In this document: one piece after another, positions 50,151 to 63,245 of the stretch | Position numbering within the stretch: the stretch's first letter is position 1 | Layout: each line of letters starts with the position of its first letter | DNA from: Hypanus sabinus | Lineage: Eukaryota | DNA: 64,000 nucleotides | NCBI RefSeq assembly: GCF_030144855.1 | Contig: NC_082711.1 | Span: forward strand, 128,278,001 to 128,342,000 | Direction: 5' to 3' | The notes under the pieces: generated by a model | What the model was told of the DNA's origin: nothing | The model's input: only the letters and a program-made list of their open reading frames with translations | Databases searched by the model: none | Program-made: the position numbers and the translations under genes

Positions 50151-50604
50151 TGCACTCTTTATAGTGTAGAGAAGTCTTGCCAAAAGTAGTCTTCATGTCA
50201 GAGTTGCTGCCAAAAAGCCATTCCTCCAAAGTGGAAACAAAGCCACGAGACTCACCTGAACACAACGTCTGGGGTGCTGAACAATGGCAGCAAGTGTCCT
50301 GGACTGATGAGTCAAAATTTGAAATGTTTGGCTCAAACAGGAGGGAGTTTGTCCATAGAAGCGCTAGGAGAATGCTACATGAGTGAATGTCTGGAGGCAA
50401 CAGTGAAACATAGTAGAGATATCCTGCAGGTTTGCGGCTGCATTTCTGCAAATGGAGTTGTGATCCAATCAGAATTAATTGAATTCTCAGTGCTGAGACA
50501 TACAAGCAGGTTCTCATCAATCAAACAGTATCATATCTGATTGGTTCCAACTTCATTCTGTAGCAGGACAATGACCCCAAACACACAGCAAAGTTAATAA
50601 AGAA

Positions 50605-51403
50605 CACCGATTGGTCTTATATCAAATAATAATTAGGCGACCTACACAGAGAAGAAGTCATCACCCTGACACAGTGGTGTCAAGAAAACAACCTCTCCCT
50701 CAATGTCGCAAGAACAAAGGAGGTGGTTGTGGACTACAGGAGGAATGGAGACAGCCTAACCCCTAATGACATCAATGGATCTGGGGTTGAGAGAGTGAAC
50801 AGCTTTAAATTCTTCAGCATACACAACACCGAGGATTTCATGTGGTCTGTAGATACCAGCTGTGTGTTGAAAAAAGCACAACAGCAGCTCTTTTACCTCA
50901 GATGATTGAAGTAAGATCCCCAAATCCTAAGAACTTTCTACAGGGGAACAATTGAGAGCATCCTGACTAGCTACATCACTGCCTGGTATGGGAACTGTAC
51001 CTCCCTCAATCGCAGAACTCTGCAGAGAGTGGTGCGGTCAGCCCATTGCCTCTGTAGATGTGAACTTCCCACTATTCAGTAAATTTACAAAGACCGGTTT
51101 GTGAAAATGGCCCAAAAGTTTATTGGGGACCTGACTCACCCCAACCACAAACTGTTCCAGCTGCTACCATCTGGGAAACAGCATAAAAGCCAGGACCAAC
51201 AGGCTCCAGGACAGCTTCTTCCACCAGGCCATCAGACTGATTAATTCATGCTGATACAATTGTATTTCTATGTTATACTGATTGTCCTGTTGTACATACT
51301 CTATTATAAATTACTACAAATTGCACATTTAGATGGAGACGTAAGGTAAAGATTTTTACTCCTCATGTATATAAAGGATGTAAGTAATAAAGTCAATTCA
51401 ATT
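50605..51403 (+). mobile_element. Rex1/Babar LINE 3' fragment inserted in Tc1 A
   Basis: NNLSLNVARTKEVVVDYRR and IESILTSYITAWYGNC peptides. Tail aataaagtcaattcaattc. Confidence 0.88.
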
Positions 51404-52169
51404 CTTCAACAAGAACAAGGAGTTCTGTAACAGATGTAATGGCCTCCACTGAGGCCTGATCGCAACATCATCAAAGCTGCCTGGGATTATCTGGAGAAGC
51501 AAGCAAGGCAGCCAAAGGATGGAGAGGAACTGTGTCAAGTTCTCCAAAATGTTTGGAACCACCTACCAGCCAGTTTTCTTATAAAGCTGCATGACAGTGT
51601 ACCTTACAGAACTGATGCAGTTTGAAAAGGTAAAGAGTGGTCACACAAAATACAGGTACTGATTTGATTTAGTCTTTTTACTATTTAACCAAAGGTTCAT
51701 TTATTATCTCTGAAATTCTCCTTCTTCAGACAGCCACAAAACCAAGAAAGAACTGCAACAGCATCATCTACCCCCAAATCCCACTCTCCGTACAAAAAAA
51801 CTAAAATGGAACAGGATCATCAACCTCCAAATCCCCCTCCCCACACACACAACAAAAACAAGTCAGACCGGGTGGAAAACACAGAATATAAAAAACTATA
51901 AGACTGAAAAAAAATCTATCATCCAAGCTCATTTCCAAAATGCAGAAAACCTGGGTAAAATTCTCTGGGTACTGTTGCAAGCCTTTCCTCCTCCAGCAGC
52001 AAGTGATCCCACCAGCGATCAAAAGGCAGTTTCCTCTTAATGCTCTTAAAGTAACTTTCTGATATTTAGAAACTTTACATTGCATCATTTTTAAAGCATC
52101 TTTGCTTTACAGATTTTCTGTTAATCTGCCCAAGACTCTTGCACTGTACTTTCAAAGTAGCGGTGCCTT

Positions 52170-52500
52170 TGCATAAAGGGGAGGTGAAAGCCATAATTAA
52201 AATTTCCATTCGATCACTGTGGCAACAAAGATCAGGACAAGGAAAAGAAAGGATGGCATTTATACAAAATTCAGAGGCTGGTAGCAACTCAACTGGAGAT
52301 GGGTACAAAAGGAGTAAAAATTACACTTAGACGTTTATGTATTGGACATGCTGGGTTAAATAATTCCTTGCTCAGAATTAATATATATGATATGGAAATT
52401 TGTAGGCAGTATACTTGTCAAGAAATGATGCAGCATAATGATGCAGTTCCTATGAGGCTCAAAGGAAGTGTCAAATTGCCAAATTCAGATCTTTAGGATA
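52170..52500 (+). mobile_element. I/Nimb-like LINE C-terminal relic
   Basis: ITLRRLCIGHAGLNNSLLRI...C..C resembles the RLRIGH plus zinc-knuckle end of I-clade ORF2. Confidence 0.5.
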
Positions 52501-52863
52501 CACACAATCTAACATGGAAAGTTCAGAATCAGAAACAGCTTTAATATCATTGGCTTATGTCGTGAAAAATTGTTATACAGCAACAATACATAATAATAAA
52601 ACTGTATTACAGTATACATTAAAAAGTTAAATTAAGAGAGTCAGGTAGAGTTCATGGGCTTCAATGTCCATCGGTAAACGTGATGACAGAGTGAAGTAAG
52701 TTATGCCGGTGACGGAGCTGACTGAGCTTACAACTTCCTGCAGCTTTTTTTGACCCCGAGGGCCCCCTCCCGATACCAGACAGTGATGGAATGCTTCTAT
52801 GCTACATCTCCAGACATTTGCAAGTGTCTTCGGTAATACAACAAATCTCCTCAAACTCCTAAT

Positions 52864-53398
52864 TACAATCCAAATTAATTTGGTCACCTAATTACAGGAA
52901 GGATATTAATAAGGTTGAAAGAGTGCAGAGAAGGTTTACAAGGATGTTGCCGGGACTTGAGAGACTGAGTTACAGAGAAAGGTTGAATAGGTTAGGACTT
53001 TATTCCCTGGAGCGTAGAAGAATGAGGGGTGATTTGATAGAGGTGTATAAAATTATGATGGATATAGAGAGAGTGGATGCAAGCAGGCTTTTTCCACTGA
53101 GGCCAGGGGAGAAAAAACCAGAGGTCATGGGTTAATGGTGAAGGGGGAAAAGTTTAAAGGGAACATTAGTGGGGACTTCTTCACACAGAGAGTGGTGGGA
53201 GTGTGGAACGAGCGGCCAGATGAAGTGGTGAATGCGGGCTCACTTTTGACATTTAAGAAAAACTTGGACAGGTATATGGATGAGAGGGGTTTGGAGGGAC
53301 ATGGCCCAGGTGCAGGTCAGTGGGACTAGGCAGAACAATGTTTTGGCACAGCCAAGAAGGGCCAAAAGGCCTGTTTCTATGATGTAATGTTCTATGGT
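52864..53398 (+). mobile_element. CR1 3' end inserted into a minus-strand Rex1 fragment (about 52520-53830)
   Basis: QRRFTRMLPGLERLSYRERL peptide. TCCTAAT is duplicated at both flanks. Confidence 0.85.
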
Positions 53399-54227
53399 TC
53401 CTAATAAAATATAGTTGCTGTTGCACCTACTTTGTAAAGTCAACGTTTTGACCCAGGATAGATCCTCAGAAACGTTGACACCCAGGGACTTGAAACTGCT
53501 CGTTCTCTCCACTTCTAATCCTTCTGAGGACTGGTGTCTTACCCTTCCTGAAGTCCACAATCCAATTATCTGGTCTTTCTGACACTGAGTGCAAGGTTGC
53601 TGCTGCGACACCTCTCAACTAGCTGATCCATCTCACTCCCGTACACCTTGTCATCACCATCCGAAATTCTGCCAATAATTGTTGTATCAAACAGCAAACT
53701 TATAGAAGGCACGAGCTGTGCCTAGCCAAACGGTCATGGGTGTAAAGCAGTGGGGTAAGCACACCCCCAGTGATGGTCAGCGAGGTGGAGATGCTATTTC
53801 TGATTCACAGAGACTCTGGTCTTCCGGTGAGGAAGCCGAGAATCCAGTTGCAGAGGGCGGTTCTGCAGCTTTCCGTCAGGACGGTAGTAATGATTTTGTT
53901 AAATGTTGAGATGTAGTCAACCATCCACAGGCTGACATATGTTTGTTGTGATAGCATTGCATTGTAATATTTATATAACTGCGTATTTAAGATGCTGAAA
54001 AGAATGAGACTTTTTATGTTCTGTTTTTTCGGGGGAGGGGATACTTTCTGTCTCTTTGCCTCACACTCCAACTCACCCGATGTCGGTCTACAACCACCGT
54101 TATACTAACTTTACAAGGGAAGCACTCCGACGGTGCCAAATGATGGCGGCCCAAGGCAGCCCTCCGCCGGTACTGTAGCGCACTGGGACACAGCATTCGG
54201 GCCCTGGTCCCGCTGAGGCTCACTCAC

Positions 54228-54290
54228 CCTCCTGTAGGTCTCTTTCCACGGGGCAGCACCAGGCTTGAACAGATTTCTGTACCGCGACAT
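54228..54290 (-). CDS. RPAIN: RPAIN (RPA-interacting protein) exon 1
   Basis: Encodes MSRYRNLFKPGAAPWKETYRR|gtgagt (human RRSLYKLVGSPPWKEAFRQ). The spliced CDS totals 669 nt, 222 aa. Confidence 0.92.
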
Positions 54291-54430
54291 CCCGCTTCCC
54301 TCAGCCCGGCTCCCGCAAAGACCAGCCAACGCATGCGCACTCGCCCGCCCTTTGTACGCAATACGCATGCACACGACCTGACACCCCATTGGCTAGGGTG
54401 ACAGTGACGTATAGAGGGCGGGTAGGAAAG
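54291..54430. promoter_or_regulatory. Bidirectional RPAIN/NUP88 promoter
   Basis: 140 bp between divergent ATGs. NRF1-like ACGCATGCGCA (54329) and ACGCATGCAC (54363). GC boxes at 54342 and 54414, ATTGG at 54388, TGACGT at 54405. Confidence 0.85.
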
Positions 54431-54637
54431 ATGGTGGATGTGTGTGAGCGTTGGTGGGGTGAGTTGCTGAAACACCCGCTGCTGGGGCAACTGAGGGAGA
54501 GCGGCCGGCGCCTCAACGAACCCGCCAAGAATCTCATCTTCTGCCTGGATAGCGACATCTTCTTCTGGGATGGAGCGAAGAGCCTGTTTTATACCACCAA
54601 CCTCAAGAATCTGAATTCCGGGGTCGTCTCGTACCAG
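54431..54637 (+). CDS. NUP88: Nucleoporin 88 exon 1
   Basis: AAGATGG start. Encodes MVDVCERWWGELLKHPLLGQLRE...KNLIFCLDSDIFFWDG...SYQ|gtagcg. 207 nt. Confidence 0.9.
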
Positions 54638-55494
54638 GTAGCGTCGGCAGCGGGGGGGTGGGGAGGGTGGGTAACCCTTCTGAACTCTGTCACCTTATAA
54701 AACGTTAGCGGTGCTTTATATTCTAGTTCCCTCTAAATTGAGATTGATGCTGCCTTTGCCCTCATTACTATTGACTCAACGTGAACATTAGACTTCAGGG
54801 AACCCTGAACACAACTCTCAAGTCCTTCTGCACCTTCAGTTTCTAAATTCTCTCCCCATTTGGAAAGTAGCGCACATCTTTATTCCTACCAGATTGCATA
54901 ACACCACACCAATTGACACGTTACTCAATCCCTTCTGCAAATCCCTGGCTTTGCAATGCTCCTTGTTCCTCCATCTGTCTTTGTATCATCTGCAAACTTG
55001 GCCACAATGCTGTCAGTATGAATAATCATTGCCTCCAAATCTCCTGATGTATGGCTCATGTGTCTTTAATGGTTTAGATTTACTTAAGCACTTGCACAGT
55101 TTGTGTAATGTCCCCACTTCTTTATGCTGCAATTGCTATTGCAGAAATGTAGTTGATCTTTGATTTTAAAAGTACATTGTCCCTGTGCAAAGTATGGTAG
55201 TATTATTAGTAGCTAAGGACATGTTCTCTGTAAACTTTTGTTCCTGTTACTTGCCTTCCTTCATAAGTAGAAGCCAACATGTGCTTTGTTAATCAGTGGA
55301 ATTATTATCAGTGGATTGCTGCTAGGAAAGTTGCATAGGATTTGTAAGTCTTGGTGCTGATTTTCTTTGACTTTAAAGGAAGAGTCTCTGATCAATATAA
55401 TTCCACTTTAAAACCAAATAATTGGATCATTATTATTGCATGTACTGAGATCCAGTAGAAAAATGTTTTTGCCTGTCATCCATACTGATGTCAC

Positions 55495-56090
55495 TATTGA
55501 ATTGACTTTATTACTTACATCCTTTGTGTACATGAGGTATAAAAAGTCTTTACATTACACCTCCACTTAAATGTGCAATTTATAATAAATAGTATGTACG
55601 ACAGGATAGTCAATATAGAAATGCAGTTGCGGCAGCATGAGTTAATCAGTCTGATGGCCTGGTGGAAAAAGCTGTCCCAGAGCTTCTTGGTTGTGGCTTT
55701 TATGCCATTTCCCAGATGGTAGCAGCTGGAATAGTTTGTGGTTGGGATGACTCGGGTCCCCAATAAACTTTTGGGCCATTTTTACGCACCAGTCTTTGTA
55801 AATTTTCTGAATAGTGATAAGTTCATATCTACAGATGTGCTGGGCTGTCTGCACCACCCTTTGCAGAGTCCTACAATTGAGAGAAGTACAGTTCCCAAAC
55901 CAGGCAGTGATAGCCTGAATAGTGAGAAGTTCACATCTACAGATGTGCTGGGCTGTCCACACCACCCTTTGCAGAGTCCTACGATTGAGAGAAGTACAGT
56001 TCCCAAACCAGGCAGTGATAGCCTGAATAGTGAGAAGTTCACATCTACAGATGTGCTGGGCTGTCTGCACCAGTCTCTGCAGAGTCCATA
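55495..56090 (-). mobile_element. Rex1 3' fragment with internal 108-bp tandem amplification
   Basis: Same family as 50605-51403. The unit at 55808-55915 is repeated at 55916-56023 and partly at 56024-56088. Confidence 0.88.
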
Positions 56091-56219
56091 AGTAAAGCCT
56101 GAGAATGCCAACCTGTGTTATGTTAAATCAGTGTGACTGTTATTGCAAGATTGCTGCCAGGAAATGACAGTGCTTTGAGGCACTTCAAGGTTAAACAGTA
56201 ACAGCACGCAGAATAAAGT

Positions 56220-56313
56220 AACACACACAAAATGCTGGTGAAACGCAGCAAGCCAGGCAGCATCTATAGGGAGAAGCACAGTCGATGTTTTGGGACGAGA
56301 CCCTTCGTCAGGA
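56220..56313 (-). mobile_element. Penelope terminus fragment with decayed hammerhead
   Basis: Minus strand CTGACGA-AGGGTCTCGTCCC-AAAACATC-GACTG. Confidence 0.8.
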
Positions 56314-56895
56314 GTTGCTTACAAGAGAAAATGCAGGCAAAAAGGTGTAAGGCCATAATGAGGTAGATTGTAAGGTCAAGAGTTATTGTATTAGGAGGCT
56401 GTGGTTAATATCTGTTACTGAGCCTGGTTGTATGGGAGAGGGAAGAAGAGAGAATGTCTGAGGTGGGTGCAGTCTCTGGTTACGTTAGCTGCTCTACTAA
56501 GGTAGAGCAAATTATATATAGGGTCCACAGAAGGGGAGGCTGGTTTTGGTGATGGGCTGGGCTGCATCCACAATTCTGCAGTTTCTTGTCACAGATTAGA
56601 TGGATCTTATCAGTAAAACCTGGCTCTTTTAGTAGTGACCAACAATAAATAAGCTGCCACAATTTAAGTGGCTTCTGTGGGGCAAATGTCCTCTTAATTC
56701 ATTTTTGTCTTTTGTGCTATATCTTGTGGCATTAGAGACCTCAACTGACAATAAATAGGCCATGTCTGGTCTAATGCTGAAGTATCACATTGACGTTTCA
56801 CTTCAGGATATTTAATTATGACCTGCTCAAGGTATTTCTAAGGTAACTGCAGGTTTTATTATATAATGGCATTAGTTTTTCATTTTGTTCTTCAG

Positions 56896-57065
56896 ACATT
56901 ACTCTGCATAAACCCACCCTTGTTTGAAGTGAATGAAGTCTTGCTTAGTCCAACACAGCATCATGTGCTGCTTATTGGAACTAAAGGTATGATGGTATTG
57001 GAGCTGCCACAACGATGGGGCAAAAGATCTGAATTTGAGGGTGGAAAATCCAGTATCAATTGTCT
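56896..57065 (+). CDS. NUP88: NUP88 exon 2
   Basis: Encodes [56 protein letters not shown]. cag|...CT|gtaagt. 170 nt. Confidence 0.96.
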
Positions 57066-58674
57066 GTAAGTAGTTTTTGTGATTTTTTTTTTAAAAGTTA
57101 AACTGCTGCAATTAAGGTTCAGTTATTATGAGTTTTTGAGTCTGCCAATTAATGGAAAATAATTATTTTAACAATTACACTGCAGCATTTGATTTTAATT
57201 TTTAAAAATCTCTACAGTTCATGCATGTATGTCCTAAAATGTAAACAGAATTTGGCAGTTCATTCTTTCCCATTGGTTCTTAAGTGAATTGCATTACTAG
57301 TACACTTGTCTCAGAACTGTTCTGTTCTGATATGACAGATTTACTCTTTATCTCACTTTTTGTATAACTTATGAAGAAAGCTGACTGTCAGGAGCAGGAC
57401 GAGCTTTCCAAGTGGAACAGGAAGGTGGTCAGGCTCCATTTGGAGTATTGTGTCTCCCTGCCAATAAGCTGGGAAGTGTGCAGGGGAGATTTCTGAGGAC
57501 GTTGCTGGGACTTGAGGGACTGAGTTATAGAAAGAGGTTGGACAAGTTGGGCTTCATTTACTGGAGAATGAGCATCACACCATCCAGTCAAACTGGTGAC
57601 GAGCTGCTATGTCTGTTGAGGTTGTGGTGTGGTTGTGTTTCAGATTTTGGGGTGTTGGAGATCAGGTTTGGGTTTAGGGACGGGGATGAGGGGGAGTTTG
57701 AGGTCAAGGCCTGTTAATGAAGAATTGGTGACGAGCTGGTGGTTGAAGGCCACGGATCTCAATGGATGGATGCCAGTTCGCCATTTGCTGAGGATGAAGA
57801 TCAATGATTCCCATGGTCAATGACCAAAGTCAGCGCGCCTTTGGATGAGAGCCAGTCCACTGCCAGGTCGGCGATTCCCAGGGTCCAGTTCTTTGCGAGT
57901 CTGGAGGTTGAGGCCAGGAGGTCAAAGGCCTGATGGTTGAAGCCCGTGGTTTGGAAAATCTGGAAGTCAGTGGCCTGGTGTCTGCTGGTCTGGGCCAGGG
58001 ACTGGAGGTTGTAGTACCGGAGGCTGCCTGTCCATATTGTGTGGATGGGAGGGAGAAAAGGGCTTGTTTTGCTATTATGTTTTTTCTGCTGAATATTGTG
58101 GGCATGCTTTGTTGGTGCTGGAACATGTGGAGATACTTACAGGCTGAGCCCAGCCATCTTTGGTTTTAACATGAACAACACGTTAGACTATTTTATGTAT
58201 GTGGTAAATAAATGAATCTGACTGAGGAATGAAATGTCTCAGGGGCATAGAGTGTAGGATTCTCCAGGGTTAGAGAATCAAACTAGAGGGCATAGGTTAA
58301 AGGTGGGAGGGGAAAGATTTAGTATGAAAGTGAGAGATAGCTTTATCACCAAGTGTGTGGTACGTATTTGGAATGAGCTGCCAGAGGAAGCTGGTACATT
58401 AACAGCATTTAAAGGGCACTGGGACAGTACATGGATGTGAAAGGTTTAGAGGGATACAGGCCTAATTTAAGCAAATGAGACTAGTTTAAATGGGTGTCTT
58501 GGGCAGCATGGACTAGATGGACTGAAGGGTCTTTTTCTGTGCTGTATGATCCTGACTCTGACTCCAATCATTTAGATAATTCCACAAAACTCTTAAACTA
58601 GTGTGACCATCTTTCCCCTACACAAAGCCTGTTCCTGGCTATTCCTGATCTGCCCCTACCTTTCCAAATATATA

Positions 58675-59208
58675 CAGGTTTCCCCCGCTATCCGAAAGTA
58701 GAGCATTCCTATGAAACCTTTCGTAAGCCGAAGTGGTGTAAAGCGAAGAAGCAATTACCATTAATTTATATGGGAAAAATTTTTGAGCGTTCCCAGACCC
58801 AAAAAATAACCTACCAAATCATTCCAAATAGCACCAACATATACCTAAGCCTAAAATAACACCAACATATAGTAAAAGCAGGAGTGATACGATAAATACA
58901 CACCCCATATAGAGTAGAAATAATGCATGACCAGTGTAGTTTCACTTACCAGAACCGGGAAGGTTTAGCCAAAAACCAATCTGTAAAAAAGTACAGCACA
59001 TACACGCATTTGCGCACACCTGCCCGCGCAAGGCTTCACGGTCATGGTAGTCTTTTCAGGGTAAACACAAGTTTGAAGCAGGCACCTTTTTTCATAAAAG
59101 CGAAAATCTTCTTTGGATTTCTTTTGGTTAGCAAAAACAGGTACTAATGTAGGCCTTTTGTAAAAGCGAAGTGGCGTAAAGCAAAATTTCATAAGCAGGG
59201 GACACCTG
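58675..59208. mobile_element. Tigger/pogo-type MITE
   Basis: ta|CAGGTTTCCCCCGCT...AGCAGGGGACACCTG|ta. Repeated subterminal motif gtaa.g.gaagtgg.gtaaagc. Confidence 0.8.
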
Positions 59209-60079
59209 TACAAGTCCTCTCCAGTCAATGATGTAATGCTCACTGGCATGCAGTTATTTTGCTTAACCATTTCTTTATTTATACACAAGTGAGATTTTTA
59301 ATTTTACAATCACACCTTTAATTGCAAGTCCTGAAATGGTTTTATTTGTATACAAAATGGGGTCTGTTTTCTGTTCCAGAAAAACAATATATTAAAAAGC
59401 TCAAAATATAGACTGTCCTAAAAATTCAGCATACTGTCCTAAGTTCACTGTTCTACAGACTTAAATTTCTGTGTTAAACTTAGCTGTGATTTTAAAATTG
59501 AACTTAAAAGTTGTTAATCATTAAAATGGTCCTGAAATCTAAATGCATTCAAGATTCTTGCAGCATTGGTAGTGTCTCAGTTGAAGGTTTCAGTGTGTCG
59601 CTGTTTTGAATTAGAGGAAATTCGTGTGCTTTATGGCCCATGAATTAACCACGTAATAGTGCAAAATAAAACACTGCTGGCAGGAAGAATGTTACATTTA
59701 CAATGGTGCAAAACTGAAACTCAACAGAATCCAACCAAGCACAATCACTACACTAGTTTACAGAATTCCTAGAAAGACATGGCTGAGCGTCAGGATGTTT
59801 TCATGTGTTATAAGCAATATTGAATTGGGTATATTATCACTGGCTTATTTGATGTGAAGTCTGTTTTATTTGTTGAGATACAGGGCAGAATAGGCTCTTC
59901 TGGTAATGCCCCTTCAGCAATCCCCAGATTTAATCCCAGTGTAATCATTTGATAATTTACAATGACCAATTAACCTACCAACCGGTATGTCTTTGGTCTC
60001 TGAGAGGAGACCCACATGGTCACGAGGGGAATGTTTGTGCTAACTGCCTCGCTAGGGATGATGAAGATGGTGGAAATGA

Positions 60080-60935
60080 CTTTTTATTGTCATTTTGACC
60101 ATAATTGCTGGTATAGTACATAGTAAAAATGAGACAACGTTTTTTCAGGACCATGGTGTTACATGACACAGTACAAAAACTAGACTGAACTATGTATAAA
60201 AAAAAACAACAACACAGAGAAAGCTACAGTAGACTACAGACTACACAGGACTGCATAAAGTGCACAAAACAGAGCAGGCATTATAATAAATAATAAACAA
60301 ACCAATAGGGCAGTAGGGTGTCAGTCCAGGCTCTGGGTATTGAGGAGTCTGATAGTTTGGGGGAAGAAACTGTTACATAGTCTGGTCATGAGAGCCGGAA
60401 TGCTTCGGAACCTTTTCCCAGACAGCAGGAGGGAGAAGAGTTTGTATGAGGGGTGCATGGGGTCCTTCATAATGCTGTTAGCTTTGTGGGTGCAGCATGT
60501 GGTGTAAATGTCTGTAATGGTGGAAGAGAGACCCCGATGATCTTCTCAGCTGACCTCACTATCCGCTGCAGGGTCTTGCGATCCGAGATGGTACAATTTC
60601 TGAACCAGGCAGTGATGCAGCTGCGCAGGATGCTCTCAATACAACCCTTGTAGAATGTGGTGAGGATGGTGGGGGGTGGTGGGAGATGGACTTTCCTCAG
60701 CCTTCGCAGAAAGTAGAGACACTGCTGGGCTTTCTTTGCTATGGAGCTGGTGTTGAGGGACCAGGTGAGATTCTCCGCCAGGTGAACACCAAGAAATTTG
60801 GTGCTCTTTACAATCTCTACCGAGGAGCCTTCGATGTTCAGCGGGGAGTGGTCACTCCGTGCCATCCTGAAGTCAACAACCATCTGTTTTGTTTTGTTCA
60901 CTTTCAGAGACCGGTTGTTGGCTCTGCACCAGTCC
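60080..60935 (-). mobile_element. Rex1/Babar LINE 3' fragment
   Basis: 159-aa ORF ...KTKQMVVDFR...[17 protein letters not shown]...[16 protein letters not shown]. Confidence 0.9.
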
Positions 60936-61803
60936 GTTGTCATCAAAACGTTGGTTATAATCGATACTGTACCCGGCTGAAGCCTGAGAAGAATTTATTT
61001 GTCACATATGCCTGAAAAGCTCTAGATCCTTTTTCATAATGTTCACGAGTTCATTGACTATTCAGAAATTTGATGGTGGAGGAAAAGAAGCTATTCGTAA
61101 TTCATTAAGTGTGTTGAAGTGCTTTTCCACCCAGGTTTAAATACACCTGAGTCTAGAAAACTCTCAAAGCATGTGCAGACATGGCCTCGTATGCCAAAGG
61201 TAGTGCTTTTATCAGAGTAACAAGTAGCCCTGAATTATTAATACGTAACCATCAGTCATTTGGCAATCATTTTGTGGATGATTGTCATACAGAGAGCTGC
61301 AGGACTGTGGGCTGAAGAACATGTTCCTGTAGTGTACTATTCTATGTTCTATATTGAATGACAAGGGATAATAATGCAAGGTGAAAGAGTGTTGAAGAGA
61401 CAAGGTATGAATGATTAGTATAGACTGTAACTTCTCGCCATGGCTGCATGGGTTTTCTCCAGCCGCTGCAGTTTCCTCCCATATTCCAAAGACCTGCCAG
61501 TTAGTAGGTGAAGCAGTCACATAGGTGTAATTGGGTGGCACTGGCTCATTGGGCTAGAAGGGCCTGTTACTGTGCTGTATTTCTAAATAAAAGTAAAGGA
61601 AGAATCTTATCTGAAATTCCAAATGAAAGATGCTAGAAATGAAAAATTCGTAATTGCTTTTTGTTTCCAATGTGCCTATGGTTGTGAGTTGAAATCAATG
61701 TGTTGATAAAAGTGCACTAACTTAAAATGAGAATTTTATTGTTTAATTTTAGTTACAATAAGAAAATACTCTGACTGCTAAGTTAATTCTTTTGAATTCA
61801 CAG

Positions 61804-61929
61804 GACAGTTCCAATAGCAGAAAGATTCTTTACGAGTTCAACATCACTGACAGTAAGACATGCTGCATGGTACCCCAGTGAAACTGAGGAGCCTCACGTT
61901 GCTGTATTAACCTCTGATAATTCTGTGAG
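61804..61929 (+). CDS. NUP88: NUP88 exon 3
   Basis: Encodes [41 protein letters not shown]. cag|...AG|gtaatg. 126 nt. Confidence 0.96.
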
Positions 61930-62024
61930 GTAATGCACGTTATGTGTAAGATCACTAAAAACAAGCTAATTGATCTGAAAATGGTATTTCCGCACTTTAA
62001 TGCGTTGCTGCTAGGCTACCAATG

Positions 62025-62520
62025 TACTCAGTGGTCACTTTATTAAGTACACCTGCTTGTTAATGCAAATATCTAATTAGCCAATCATGTGGCAGCAACT
62101 TAATACATAAAAGCATGCAGACATGGTCATGAGGTTATTGTTCAAACCAAACATCAGAGGACAAAAGGTGATCTAAGCAAATTTGAGCATGGAATCATTA
62201 TTAGTGCCAGATGGGGTGGTTTGACTATCTCTGATCTCCTGAGATTTTCATGCACAACTGTCTCTAGAGTTTACAGAAAATGGTGCAGAAAAACTCAATG
62301 CATCCAGTGAGTAACAGTTCTGTGGGTGAAGACGTTTTGTTAATGAGAGAGGTCAGAGAAGAATCGCCAGTCTGGTTTTGGCAGGATGGCGACAGTAACA
62401 TGCATTACGATAGTGGTGTGCAAAAGAATATTTTTGAATTCATGACTGCTAAACCTTGAAATAGATGGCTACAGCAACAGAAGACTGAGAGCGTGTAACT
62501 AATAAAGTGGCTACTGATTG
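62025..62520 (+). mobile_element. Non-autonomous Tc1-like MITE
   Basis: TIRs TACTCAGTGGTCACTTTATTA and TAATAAAGTGGCTACTGATTG. Internal decayed Tc1 5' coding sequence. Confidence 0.8.
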
Positions 62521-63158
62521 TGTTTTAACACTTAGCCAGCTCACTGTCAATTCACAAAGTCAAAACTATTCAAACATAAACCCTAATGAACCATCTTATT
62601 TTTTATTAACCAATGAAATTTTCATGTAATTCTGCTATGTTATGTTTCTCCTTCCATCAGGCCATTTTGAAATGGCAGAATTCGCAAGTCCAGTACAGAT
62701 TGGGAGGTGTCTGTCACTATTAGGGTCTTTTGTGTTTATAATTGCTTTTGGAGGGGCAGAACTGAATTTTTCATTTAATGTGGAATTGATCTAGACTCCA
62801 GATGAGGATGGAATATCTACATTATTTAGGTAGAAGGGAAAGGATTTGTTTGCATGGAACTGTCATCATTTAATATTGATGTTGGATCTTAAACTGGAAT
62901 ACTGCTGAACTATAACATCATTGGAAAGCAAAAACTAAATGCAGATCTGAAAATTTGAAATTAAAACAATGCTGGAAATACTTGGATCAGATAGCTTGTC
63001 TGAAGAGAGGAACAACAACAGTGCTTCGGGCCGATGACCCATCCTGGTGCAGATGCTTTCCAGCATTCTCTTTGTATATTAATTACATCATTATACTAGC
63101 CAATGTTAAGAGAGCAGCTAATGAAAGTTCATCTGCAGTCAATGTTTTCTCATCACAG

Positions 63159-63245
63159 GTTTTATGACTTAAAGCAACCTCAGAGACCCGTCAAGATGTT
63201 CTGCCTTACTCAGAGTGAAGAAGACAGTATTGTACCAACTACAAG
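63159..63245 (+). CDS. NUP88: NUP88 exon 4
   Basis: Encodes FYDLKQPQRPVKMFCLTQSEEDSIVPTT. cag|...AG|gtaaaa. 87 nt. Confidence 0.9.

Larger units (their letters stand above)
46166..51652 (+). mobile_element. Tc1 (DD34E) transposase relic A, split into four pieces by nested insertions
   Basis: MARASTATRLTVVILHQQGLS (46166), YIKLMSL-like (48566), AAKKPFL/WTDESKFE/QDNDPKH (50151-50600), WPP...NII..AW (51404-51652). Confidence 0.85.

Noticed and set aside
54389-54430. Upstream extension of the NUP88 ORF
   Set aside because: Begins at TTG inside the bidirectional promoter. The ATG at 54431 has strong Kozak context.
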